Of a DNA stretch of 32,500 nucleotides, positions 10,185-19,797 are shown one piece after another (the stretch's first letter is position 1; each line of letters begins with the position of its first letter). The translations under genes and the position numbers were made by a program. Source of the stretch: Chrysochromulina tobinii. Lineage: Eukaryota. The notes under the pieces were generated by a model. The model was not told the DNA's origin. It ran no database searches and saw nothing but the letters and a program-made list of their open reading frames with translations. The stretch lies in assembly GCA_001275005.1 (NCBI GenBank), contig JWZX01003298.1, forward strand, positions 1 through 32,500, written 5' to 3'.

Positions 10185-11288
10185 TCACGAGGTGCTGCGC
10201 GGGCGCAGACCCGCGCTGCCGGTTCCCGTCTCGGCCGCGCGCCGCTCGAGATGCAAGCGCATCATACGCGCCGTACCCATATGGCGGCCAGCCTCCGCGA
10301 GGGCTAGGCAGCTGCGGCCGGCGCCGTCCCTGCTCTCAGGATCCGCGCCCGCATCGAGCAGTGCCTTGACGCACAGGCTGCGCACAGGGCGAGGAGCGAG
10401 GTGGCGGCGGCAGTGAGTACGCAGGGAGGAGAGGCGGGGAGGAGAGGAGAGGGTCGCAAGGGCACCATCACCACAGGGCGCACACGCAGGGCGGACGACG
10501 CGCCGAGCGGAGCCGAGGAAGCGCGGGGCATCGACGATGTCGTCTCTCTGTGCGACTCGCGGGGCTTGCCACACACGACTCGCGGGGCTTGCCACGCACC
10601 CATGGCCGAGGGCCGCGACGTGATGCAGCGGCGTGCGCAGCTCAGAGTCGACGACGAGAGAATCGGCGCCGTGGTCGAGAAGCAGACGGACGATGTTCGC
10701 GTGGCCGGCGCGCGCGGCATGATGCAGCGCCGTCGAGCCATCCACCGCGAGCGCAGCGTCTACGACGCATCGATCGGTCGCGAGCCACGTGCGCAGTGTC
10801 GCCACGTCGGCATTGGCCGCCGCGGTCGAGATGCTCGGATGAAGCACCCTCTCGTTGCCATTGCCGTGACTGGTGCTGCTGCCACCCTCCACGTCGAATA
10901 CTGGCATTAAATTGCGACTATTCTTCGTTCGTTTGCTCGGACTGGAGTACGTTTTCGAGGAGCGGCGCACACACAAGCAGTAAATGAGCACGAGCAGAAC
11001 GATGACCGCGCCGCCGGCCACAGCATAGACCACATGCGGATTCGAGTACGACAAGCCGGCGGACGAGGTTCCCTTGATGGCGGCCAGGTGCTGTTCGGCC
11101 AAGCGGCCAACGTGCTTTACGTGCTCGCTGCTCTTCTTCACCACCTCCTGCAGGCCCTCGCGAGCCCGCTCCACGTGCTCGCTGCTCTTCTTCACCACCT
11201 CCTGCAGGCCCTCGCGAGCCCGCTCCACGTGCTCGCTACTCTTCTTCACCACCTCCTCCAGGCCCACGCGCGCCCGCTCCGACGCCAT
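10185..11288 (-). CDS. Single-pass membrane ankyrin-repeat protein; join(10600..11288, 10185..10377), ~293 aa
   Basis: TM segment VVYAVAGGAVIVLLVLIYCLCV. Ankyrin motifs GSTALHHAARAGHANIVRLLLDHGAD and RTPLHHVAALGHG|LCVKALLDAGADP; the latter is restored by removing a GT-AG intron at 10378-10599. Confidence 0.85.
   Translation of the reverse strand: MASERARVGLEEVVKKSSEHVERAREGLQEVVKKSSEHVERAREGLQEVVKKSSEHVKHVGRLAEQHLAAIKGTSSAGLSYSNPHVVYAVAGGAVIVLLVLIYCLCVRRSSKTYSSPSKRTKNSRNLMPVFDVEGGSSTSHGNGNERVLHPSISTAAANADVATLRTWLATDRCVVDAALAVDGSTALHHAARAGHANIVRLLLDHGADSLVVDSELRTPLHHVAALGHGCVASPASRVWQAPRVAQRDDIVDAPRFLGSARRVVRPACAPCGDGALATLSSPPRLSSLRTHCRRHLAPRPVRSLCVKALLDAGADPESRDGAGRSCLALAEAGRHMGTARMMRLHLERRAAETGTGSAGLRPRSTS
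10378..10599 (-). other. 222-nt intron (multiple of 3, no in-frame stop)
   Basis: CATGG|GTGCGT...pyrimidine-rich tract...GCGCAG|CCTG, interrupting an ankyrin repeat. Confidence 0.8.
11118..11279 (-). repeat. 54-nt coding tandem repeat x3 (ERAREGLQEVVKKSSEHV)
   Basis: Three near-identical copies at the N-terminus of the ankyrin protein. Confidence 0.9.
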
Positions 11289-11451
11289 GAAAATGCAAGT
11301 TTGAGCGAATCACAGAAGGTGATAAGGGACGAGGTGTTGGGGGTGCCTCGGCAGAGTGGGATCTTCGAACTGTAGTACTCCGAAACTGCGGAAAGTAACG
11401 CATTCCCTGTGAATGAGCTGACCTTCACGAAGGACGTGCATCTTTCCGATC
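11289..11451. promoter_or_regulatory. Short divergent intergenic region, probable bidirectional promoter
   Basis: 163 nt between head-to-head ATGs (11288 on -, 11452 on +). No specific motif identified. Confidence 0.4.
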
Positions 11452-12108
11452 ATGGCGAGATCCTCGATGGTGCGCCGCTCCGTCATGACGCTCGTCATCG
11501 CGTGCACGCGGCCAGCGCTGAGTTTGCAGGTCGGCGCGCGCCCGGGAGTGCTCGGCTCACGAGCGCGCTCCATGGCCATGAGCGGGATGTCGAAGCTCAA
11601 TGACCAAGGCGTCACGTACAAGGTTACCAAGTCGGATGCGGAGTGGCAGAAGGAGCTCTCACGCGAGGAGTTTTACATCCTGCGTGAAAAGGGCACCGAG
11701 CGGCCCCGGACCGGCCAGTACGACAAATTCTATCCGAAGGAGGGCCACTTTGTCTGCGCCGGCTGCGGCACGCCGCTGTACTCCGCGGCTGCGAAATTCG
11801 ACTCTGGCTGCGGCTGGCCGGCGTTCGACAAGATCGTCGAGGGTGCAGTGGTGACGCAGACGGACCGGTCGATGGGCATGGTGCGCGTCGAGATCATGTG
11901 TGGCAACTGCGGCGGCCACCTCGGCCACGTCTTCGAGGGCGAGCGCATGACGCCCACGAACGAGCGGCACTGCGTTAACTCGATCTCCGTCAAGTACGTC
12001 GACGAGCCGCTGCCCGAGGGTAAGCGCGAGGCCAAAGTGCTGCCCAAGTCGGAGCCTGCCACAAGGCAGAGCCTTCTCGCAGAGCTCCTCGGCAAGAAGG
12101 ACGCCTGA
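11452..12108 (+). CDS. msrB: Peptide methionine-R-sulfoxide reductase (MsrB/SelR), Cys-type, with N-terminal targeting extension
   Basis: ILREKGTERP, CAGC, KFDSGCGWPAF, EIMCGNCGGHLGHVF and RHCVNS (catalytic Cys encoded by TGC). The ~45-aa Arg/Ser-rich N-terminal extension suggests organelle targeting. Confidence 0.97.
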   Translation: MARSSMVRRSVMTLVIACTRPALSLQVGARPGVLGSRARSMAMSGMSKLNDQGVTYKVTKSDAEWQKELSREEFYILREKGTERPRTGQYDKFYPKEGHFVCAGCGTPLYSAAAKFDSGCGWPAFDKIVEGAVVTQTDRSMGMVRVEIMCGNCGGHLGHVFEGERMTPTNERHCVNSISVKYVDEPLPEGKREAKVLPKSEPATRQSLLAELLGKKDA

Positions 12109-12477
12109 GGGAGTGCAGAGAGATGTGAGACGAGTAGGACGGAAGCGACGAAAGACGTTCTGTAGGACTGGCAGCGTTGTGACTTTTTGTCGTCTTGTCA
12201 CTTGTGTCGAGTGTGCAGAGAGACGAGAGAGTATGTGTCACTGTGACGCAGACCGAGTATCAAATTTCTGATGCGATCTGTGAGGCGTCAAATTTCTACT
12301 GTCGATGCACTTTCTCCCCCGGCGCTGCCCCCGCGTACCTAATAAAACGCGCACGCGTACCCGGCCGCACGTTACAACAGTTGTGGGTCCGCGCAAAGAC
12401 TACGATCCACCCGCCCTGAGACATGTACTAGCCCCTATACTCGGCCAGCAGGGCCCCTTGGCATTCCGTATGATCAT

Positions 12478-13449
12478 TTACTCGGCCGGCAGGGCTCCGC
12501 CCTTGCGCGTGCACATGTATGCGACCTCATCGAAGCGCTTGACGCCCTTCGCTTTCCAGGGCTCTTTGTCCTTCTCGTCGACCACGCTGAGCTTCTGGAT
12601 CTCGAAGGCGCTGCCGAGGAGGCGGCGGACCTCGGACTCGTCGACTGAGTGCGGCGGACCAAAGGCGGGCTCGTGCTCCACCACCACGAGCAGCAGCTTG
12701 CCTCCCGGTCTCAGCTGCTCGCTCAGCACCGCGGCGTACCGGGGCCGATCGCTGGGAGCGACCGCTACGAGGCCACCGCGGTCGAAGGCGCAGTCGAACT
12801 CCGGGAAGCCCCATTGACTGGCGGCGGGCCGGTCAAAGGCGAGGAAGTCGCCCTGCACCGCGAATAGAAAGGGCGCGGGTTGGTACGTCATCGATCGTTT
12901 CTCCGACTTGCTAAGCTGCTCCGCCGCCACTTTCTGCATCCAGTTAGGCTGGCCCACGCGCAGCCAGAGTCTCGCGTCGGGTGGGCGGCCACCCTCGATC
13001 TCCTCGCCGTACTCGCTCAGCAGTCGGTCGATGGCCTCGGGCACCGCCTCGACGCCAACCACCTGGTGGCCGCGCCGTGCGATGCACCCGAGGTCGACGC
13101 TGGCGCCGCACAGCGGAAACAGAATGCTCCGCTGCGTCTCGCCGTCGTCACCGAGCCAATCGTTGAGGTGCGTCATCAGCACTGGGTGCGGGTTCTCAAG
13201 GTGCCAGCCCAGCATTTTGTTCAACCAGCGATCGCGCCAGTAGGCAAATTTTTCGTCCACAGGAAAATCAAGGCTGTTCTTGTTCATCGGCTCTGTCCCG
13301 ATCAAATAGTTCTTTTGTTGAGGCTCTCGATGATCGCTCGTAGGTGGCGGCATGCCGACGGTGCGACGCGCCAAATACTGGCCTGCAAAGTAGCTGCCGC
13401 CACCAACGGCAAGGAGTGCAGCAGCATTTCGAGCGGTGGCGACGGCCAT
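12478..13449 (-). CDS. Thiopurine S-methyltransferase (TPMT)-family SAM methyltransferase, ~323 aa
   Basis: YWRDRW...GWH...PHPVL, ILFPLCGASVDL, GHQVVGVE, GDFL, FDCAFDRGGLVA...R.RY and GPPHSV match TPMT motifs. Likely start is ATG 13449 (MAVATAR...) followed by a hydrophobic segment. Confidence 0.9.
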   Translation of the reverse strand: MAVATARNAAALLAVGGGSYFAGQYLARRTVGMPPPTSDHREPQQKNYLIGTEPMNKNSLDFPVDEKFAYWRDRWLNKMLGWHLENPHPVLMTHLNDWLGDDGETQRSILFPLCGASVDLGCIARRGHQVVGVEAVPEAIDRLLSEYGEEIEGGRPPDARLWLRVGQPNWMQKVAAEQLSKSEKRSMTYQPAPFLFAVQGDFLAFDRPAASQWGFPEFDCAFDRGGLVAVAPSDRPRYAAVLSEQLRPGGKLLLVVVEHEPAFGPPHSVDESEVRRLLGSAFEIQKLSVVDEKDKEPWKAKGVKRFDEVAYMCTRKGGALPAE

Positions 13450-13706
13450 TCCTCGTGGTTCGGCTCGCTCACGCGTCGCGCCGCGGACAGCCCAAGACTT
13501 CTTGCGAGCTATGAAACCAGCATGCAAAGGGGAAAGGGGGGAGGGGGAATTTTGAGGAAGGTGCGAGATCGATCCGTATGAGCCCACGCACCGAAAAGGG
13601 ATCAGCCCCTCCGCCCCCTGAGCATCTATGGGGGAACTCGGGATTGTGGTGCACTCACTACACGATGCGGTTACGAGTGGTACCTTGCTCGACTCACGCA
13701 CACTGC

Positions 13707-14858
13707 GTGTATCACATACACTGTACCTGTTCTTGCTGCAGCCACCTTGGACACAACATATGACGCTACAAGTACCATGCGCGGTGTGGCTGCCGTCAAG
13801 GGCCAGCTGCGACCTTTTCCACAGCCTTCGCCCCTGCTCCCCTGTCGCAGCCGCCGCCCTCGCAGCCGCCTCTGGGTGGCGGCCTTGTGTCAGACTTCAG
13901 GCTTTGGTTCACAGCTGCTGCACATAGCCTTTCTTCTCCTGCATGGCGAGCCCTGGATCGTCTTGATCTGCTCACACCGGTCGCCCACCTGAACCGGGGG
14001 CATTGGGCACAGTAGGATGGTACGCACAGGGCGTGGGCTTGGAGAGGGGAACCCAGAAGCTAAGGACCTTCGACATCAGGGATTTGGCCGCGGACAACAT
14101 GTCCGGCCTCTGCGTGAAGTCTTTGCACGCCGACGGGCTCGGGGAGGGCAAGGTGCGCCTCGTCGACGGCGATGGTGGTGCAGCCGCGCCGGGCGCACGC
14201 CCAGCGCAGCAGCGGCACGTCGCGCACGAGGCTCTCGGGCGCGACGAAGAGCAGCTGCGCTATGCCGCGCGATGGTGGTGCAGTCGCGCCAGGCGCACGC
14301 CCAGCGCAGCAGCGGCACGTTGCGCACGAGGCTCTCGGGCGCGACGAAGAGCAGCTGCGCCGCGCCCGCGGCATAGCGCATCGCCACGTGCGGCCGCACG
14401 CCAAAGAGCAGATGCTGCATGGGCGACGACTCGCTCGGAAGCGTGGTTGTGACCGCGGCGTCAACAATGCAAGCTTCCGAGCCGATACGCTCTTCAACGT
14501 AGAGGACGACCTCCGGGATGGCCAACACCTGTAACAGTGAGGGGATTGTCTTACTGCAAGCAGGGACAAGGAGGTAAGGGAGATAGATATGAGTGGCGTA
14601 CCTGATGTTTCACTTGACACCAAACCAAAACCTTGTCAAGCACAAAGTCCTTGCGTCCATTGACAGGCCCTGATGTTTATGGCGTGGCTTCTTCTTCACC
14701 ATCTTATCGACGTGCTCACGCAATGCTGGTGAAATACTGAGAGCTGGCAAGGGCATCGGCGACGGAGCCGGCAAGGGCATCGGCGACGGCGAATTGAATT
14801 CAAACTCTTCTTGGTGTATCACATAGTGACTGTACCTGTTCTTGCTGCAGCCACCTTG
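13707..14858. repeat. Dispersed direct repeat pair: 30-nt exact core at 13720-13749 and 14829-14858, plus 12-nt upstream match
   Basis: actgtacctgttcttgctgcagccaccttg occurs twice, each copy preceded by gtgtatcacata. Confidence 0.9.
14060..14528 (-). pseudogene. RecQ-like SF2 helicase fragment disrupted by a 100-nt tandem duplication
   Basis: AQLLFVAPESL (motif Ib-like) occurs twice and TIAVDEAH (motif II) once. The two copies are in different frames. AG acceptor just upstream of 14528. No other helicase motifs seen. Confidence 0.65.
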
Positions 14859-15303
14859 AACCACGCCAGGAATTTTTTCCAGAATCCTCATAACCTGATT
14901 TCGGGTTGAGTGCAGTGACCTTTCATGGTCTCAGAGCGTCTTGATCCTTCCTTTTCGTGGAGTGCCCCGAGTGCTGAGAGCAGTTCAGAGAATTTGTTCA
15001 TTGCGTCGGTAGCCATCGCTACAGTATCGTGGCAGCTACAGTATTGTGTTCTTCGTCGCACGAATTGCACGGATCTCCTGTCGCGCACATGCCAGAGCGT
15101 ATCTATCTCGTGAATGTTCACACCTGGTGTGGCGAGCGCGGGGGACCGACGACCGCGACGAAACTGACTTACTGACCACAAGTGAACCGGGGGGTATTCA
15201 TACGCTTTTTTGGTCGACACACGATGTAGACGCTTGTGCAGACGCTTGGAGACGCACCCACCTCCCTCGACAGCCCTCCCGTGGTGCTGTTTCCTCCCTT
15301 GCG

Positions 15304-15747
15304 ATGCACCAACCTCCAGCGCTGCCGATGCCGCGCATGGAAGTGGGTGACGGTGAGCTGATGCGCTCGAAAAAGGGCCACATGGTGCACGAGTTCATGA
15401 ATGACCCATCGTCGCCCGAGGCATCCGATGTGCGCCGGACGGCTGCGTCACGGGCAATGCTCTCCGTGCGTGAAAAGTCCTCGCACCAGCTTTCTGACTG
15501 CATCGCCGCGCCCGAAGGAGCCTCATTAGATGTGCCCCGAACGAACGAGGAGGGCCGTCCCACGACACGAACAGCGATGCTCGCAATGCGCAAGGAGCAG
15601 GGCATCGCCCATAATGCAGAGGTTTTCCAAAATATGAAGTCTATCTTGCCAGTTGGCGTGCAGCCGGGCGCTCCGGGAAAGAACCCTGAGATGCGCAAGT
15701 TCAACGCCGACGACGTGCACCGTAACATAGGCCACCCTCCGAAGTGA
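15304..15747 (+). CDS. Hypothetical protein, ~147 aa
   Basis: ATG 15304 (MHQPPALPMPR...) to TGA. Plausible amino-acid composition, followed by an AT-richer 3' region. No recognised domain. Confidence 0.6.
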   Translation: MHQPPALPMPRMEVGDGELMRSKKGHMVHEFMNDPSSPEASDVRRTAASRAMLSVREKSSHQLSDCIAAPEGASLDVPRTNEEGRPTTRTAMLAMRKEQGIAHNAEVFQNMKSILPVGVQPGAPGKNPEMRKFNADDVHRNIGHPPK

Positions 15748-16078
15748 TGTATGCCCCACCACATTGGACATGGAGACGCGCATGTTTTGCTCTGGTCTAT
15801 AAGCAATGGTTTGAAGGAGTTGCATGAGAACGATGTGTCTTGTTTCTCATAACTTCAGCTTTATTCTACGGAGCATTCGAATCGGAGTCTCGAGGTTCGT
15901 ATGCGGTATGGTTCTACCATTGGTCGACAATGCAGACGAAATTGCGCTGCGACGCGGAGGTAATCACCTCGCGGCGCACGTGTGCGGACCCGTCGCGCAG
16001 CCCACCCATGGCGCAGCCGCAGCCTCCGGCGGCCGTCCCCGCTCAACGCGGAAGCCATCGCAACACGCCCTCGTCGGT

Positions 16079-17045
16079 TCACTCGTCGGCCACCGCGGCA
16101 CCAGCAGACCACTTCGAGGACGCCGTCGTGACAGCATCGGCGTCAAGGCCCCGTTGCGGCTGCGGTAGGCGGCCGTGCTCACGCACGTATCCCAGCAACT
16201 CGTGCAGCGCGCGGCCTCGCGGCGCCTCGACGCACTCGCGGAAGCCCGTCGCGTACTCGGGGTGCGCGTTCGCCTCCATCGTCAGGATCTGTCGGCGTAG
16301 CGGCCACCTCATCATGGACGAGAGGCGCCCCTTCACCCGGGGGCGTGTGAAGACAGCTGAGCAGGAAAAGGTAGGCGACGAGCTCGCATAAGCCCTCCTC
16401 GAGGCGCGCATCGAGCGCCGGGAAGCCCTGCAGCCACAGCCAGCAGTGCGCGTACTCGTGCGCGAGCACCTGCGCCGCATGCACTGCTGTGAGTCCCGGC
16501 TTGAGACCGACAGACTCGACCCCACGAAGCGCCGGCGGCGGTCGCAGCACGCGGTGTGTGGTGCCCTCGACCCGGCCGCGCACGTCGAGCGAGTGGATTT
16601 CGTCCTCACGCAACAGCCGCACTCGCAATGGCACCTGGCCGAGCCCCAGCCCGTGCCGACCGAGCACGAGCCGAACCTGCGATAGCAGGCACTCAATGTC
16701 GCGCTGATCTTGAACGATGTGATGCGCCTGCAGCAAGCGCAGCTCGTCGGCGTACGCATCCGCCTCGGTCCAGCCCTTGCGCGGACGATTCTGCGCGTAC
16801 CACCACGCAAACGCAGCCATCCCAACCACGCCGCTGGCGAGGATCTTGACGACTGGCATGCCAAAACGGCGACGCTCGGCAGCGCGGGTGCGCTGCACCG
16901 ATCGCGCCTCGGGCGTCATCAGCGCATCGCCGCGTGTATCGCCGCTCTCGCCGCGGCGAACGAGTCCACGCGAGTATGCGAGCGAGCGATGCGGCGACAC
17001 AATGGCAGATCGCGGCCGCACGATGGCCAAGCGGGATCGGAGCAT
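16079..17045 (-). CDS. DA1-like zinc metallopeptidase (HEYAH...EE); apparent +1 frameshift near 16302
   Basis: VLAHEYAHCWLWLQGFPALDARLEEGLCELVAYLFL resembles the plant DA1 peptidase core. The DA1-like tail (QILTMEANAHPEYATGFR...LLGYVREHGRLP) lies in the 16079..16864 frame. Arg-rich N-terminus and one TM-like segment. Confidence 0.8.
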
Positions 17046-17201
17046 AATTATTTTTGGTGGCCACGTGTGAACGTTAACACGACAGACGCGACAACCGGTG
17101 CTACGGTACTGTTACTGTGTGTGTATAAAGTGTGAGAGCGGTTGGCCTGGGGACCTCAAGGAACCACGATTTGCTCCAAGTGGATGCTTCTTCTCGTGTG
17201 A
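17046..17201. promoter_or_regulatory. Short divergent intergenic region, probable bidirectional promoter
   Basis: 156 nt between head-to-head ATGs; TATAAA at ~17124. Confidence 0.35.
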
Positions 17202-18578
17202 ATGGCCGACCCAAGCACCCCGAACGCCACCCTCGGCGCGCTCGCCGCACACTATCTGGCTCCTTGGCGCACCGCCGGAGTGTCCCAGGAGCAGGTTGAC
17301 GCGGCGCACCTGCACTGGGCCGATTATCGAGACGCGCAGTGGGGCGGAGCCGTGCCACTGGGCACGTCGAGGAATCGGCTGCTCCGGGTCAACATCCTTG
17401 GCGGCCGGCTCTACTACGTGAGCTGTGTGGGCCAGCGCTCGACGGCGCGCAAGGTGCGGCAGCGAGCCATCCTAGCGCTGATCCGGGCCACCCTCGCCGT
17501 CCACGAGCTACCCGACGTAGACCTGGTGCTCAGCCTGTCGGACCGGCCGACGGTGCCGCGCCACGCCGTCATGGACGGCTCGCCGCCGCTGGTATTTGGC
17601 TACGTGACGACGGCCTGGCACTGGTCAGTGCCCTTTCCGTACGCTACGTTTGAGCCGCAGCGCTGGGCGCCGCTCTACCGGCAGATCGGCCACCACCCAG
17701 CCCTCGAGGTACGAAAGCCGCAGGCGGTCTGGCGCGGCTCGTGCAACTCGCTGTGCGACATGCTGAAGGGAATGAGGACTGGCGGGGGCGGGGGCGCGAG
17801 CGGCGCTGATCAAAGCGGCGGCACCGGCGCCGGCGGCGCCAGCGGCGGCCGCGGCGGCGGCTGCTCGATTGATCTACTTGACCGGCTGCGCTTGCTGCGA
17901 CACGCGGCACGCTGCCCAGAGCTGACCGACGTCGCGCTCACGAAGGAGCACGTGCACTGCCGCGGCTTCCCCGCGCGTGCCCCTCTGACGCTGCGCGAGC
18001 ACGCGCAGTTCGCGTATCTGATCCACGTCGATGGCAACGGCTTCTCGGGCCGTTTGGAGGAATTGCTCTCCTTAGGAGGCGTGGTGCTCAAAGAGGAGTC
18101 GCCTTTTGAGAGCTGGTACTACCCGCTATTGAGGGCGCATGAGCACGTGGTGCCGCTCGCACGCAACCTGAGCACCCTGTGCGACTCGCTGCGTGCATTG
18201 CGCGAGGAGCCTCGCCGCACCGCCGCGCTCGCTGCCGCCGCCCAGCGCTTCGCAACTGCCTTTCTCGCGCCGGAGAGCGTGATAGGGTACGTAGCTGCGT
18301 TGGTGCGAGGGTATGCCACGCTGCAGCGCTTCCGGCCGCGGCGTCACCCAATGGCCAAGGAGTGGGCAGACGCAGAGACCATGGTCAGCAGGCCGACGGC
18401 GGCCGCGACGACGGACGCCACGCTGCATTCCGCCTCCTTCGGCCATGCCTCCGGCTTCCCCTTCTCCGTCGCCCTGCACACCGGAGGGAGCAATAGTGGG
18501 CACTTTTGCCCGCCGGCGGACGTGTCGTGCTGCAAGCGCCATCCACGGGCGTGCCGACGGCGACGAGGGACGCGTTAA
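17202..18578 (+). CDS. Glycosyltransferase family 90 (CAP10/POGLUT-like) protein
   Basis: LPDVDLVLSLSDRP, AVWRGS and EHAQFAYLIHVDGNGFSGRL...VVLK...ESWYYPLLRAHEHVVP. Confidence 0.9.
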   Translation: MADPSTPNATLGALAAHYLAPWRTAGVSQEQVDAAHLHWADYRDAQWGGAVPLGTSRNRLLRVNILGGRLYYVSCVGQRSTARKVRQRAILALIRATLAVHELPDVDLVLSLSDRPTVPRHAVMDGSPPLVFGYVTTAWHWSVPFPYATFEPQRWAPLYRQIGHHPALEVRKPQAVWRGSCNSLCDMLKGMRTGGGGGASGADQSGGTGAGGASGGRGGGCSIDLLDRLRLLRHAARCPELTDVALTKEHVHCRGFPARAPLTLREHAQFAYLIHVDGNGFSGRLEELLSLGGVVLKEESPFESWYYPLLRAHEHVVPLARNLSTLCDSLRALREEPRRTAALAAAAQRFATAFLAPESVIGYVAALVRGYATLQRFRPRRHPMAKEWADAETMVSRPTAAATTDATLHSASFGHASGFPFSVALHTGGSNSGHFCPPADVSCCKRHPRACRRRRGTR

Positions 18579-18703
18579 TGTGTGACAACAAAACCCGGGG
18601 TAAGAGGATTTGTTAGAAAGACCCGCCGACTTGGCCGTTTTTGAGGTTAATCTCGGCGCCTCCGGTTCGCGAGAATTCCTACTTGTGAAGAAGAATCGGT
18701 CGG

Positions 18704-19393
18704 ATGCAGCGATCCTTCTCCTCCCTCTCGGCGGCGAAGCCGATCCATTGCGCTCTCGACTCGGGCGCGTGCCCGGGCTCTCCTGTGTCGAGCTATGCGG
18801 CCTGCTCGGTCACAGCCAGCTTTCAGATGAAGTGACGTCACCATGTGCGATCGAACCTCCGCACCGCCTGTTTAAGCCGGACGCCTGCGACGACGTCGCG
18901 TCGTTCTTGACGCCCGCACGCCCGACTCGACACCGCTGCTGATCCCGCATGTGCCGTGCTCGTGTGCAGCTGCTCCACCGTCAAGACGGAGATCGAGGCG
19001 CGCATCGCCCGCGGCTATGATCGCAAGTCGCACCCTGGCCACTACGATCTGATGGTCTCGGAGGAGCAGTGCACCAAGGCTAGCCGCACGACGGGCGCCG
19101 GTGCCAAGCCAGGCCCGTACACGGACCTTATCGGATTCGATTACGCCGAGGTCTCGGGCCATCCCACGCAAATGTGCCGCGTGGTCGCGTGCAGCGAGAG
19201 CCAAGTATCGTCCAAGTGCGACTTCTCGACCAACTTTTGCAACATGTATAACCTGTTCTGCCCGGCATCCGACGGCTGCACGCCCGTGACCGTCGACATT
19301 GGCAAGAACCTCACGTGGACCGACGGCGCCTCCTGCAACCACGGCTTCCAGTGCGGCGGCCAGGAGGCGGACATCACGCAGTGCACGCGGTGA
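18704..19393 (+). CDS. Small Cys-rich hypothetical protein; tentative join(18704..18831, 18970..19393), ~183 aa
   Basis: Exon 2 is strongly coding-like (CSTVKTEIEARI...ACSESQVSSKCDFSTNFCNMYNLFC) after a TGCAG acceptor at 18969. The donor AA|GTGACG at 18832 joins in phase to MQ...CPGSPVSSYAACSVTASFQMN. The 5' structure is uncertain. Confidence 0.6.
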
Positions 19394-19797
19394 GAGCTCA
19401 ACAGTCCGAATGACCAAATCTCTGAGTCAGGGTCGTCGGAGGGTGTCCCAAGGCATCATCAGTTACACCGGTGTCCATCACGTGTATGCCCAAGCGCATA
19501 GAGATCTGTCTTACTTTGAATTGACCTCGTGTGCCGGTCAACTTTTCCTCCTTGGCACATTGCCTTGGGCCCTTGGCATTTAAACCTTGCAAAAACCTTG
19601 GGTTCCTTGGTAGGCTTTCGTGCTGGGCCCCCAAAATTTTCATTTGTCGTGGGGCCTCTCGGCAAAAAGCGTCGGACGCTTTTCGATTCACGAAACAGAG
19701 TCAGCGCGTTCACAGCCAAGGAAACCCCTTCCCGCGAGCTGCACCCGCGAGCCCTCTTCAAGTCGATGGGCACGAACGACTCTGCACGGAAGTGATC

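Noticed and set aside
11965..11985. Selenocysteine MsrB
   Set aside because: The catalytic codon is TGC (Cys), not TGA.
13720..14858. LTR or TIR transposon bounded by the 30-nt repeats
   Set aside because: Too short for LTRs, direct rather than inverted, no transposase or RT, and no target-site duplication seen.
9685..16310. Programmed ribosomal frameshifting in the RCC1 and DA1-like genes
   Set aside because: No slippery heptamer at either site. Both are one extra base in a short G/C run, better explained by sequencing error or mutation.
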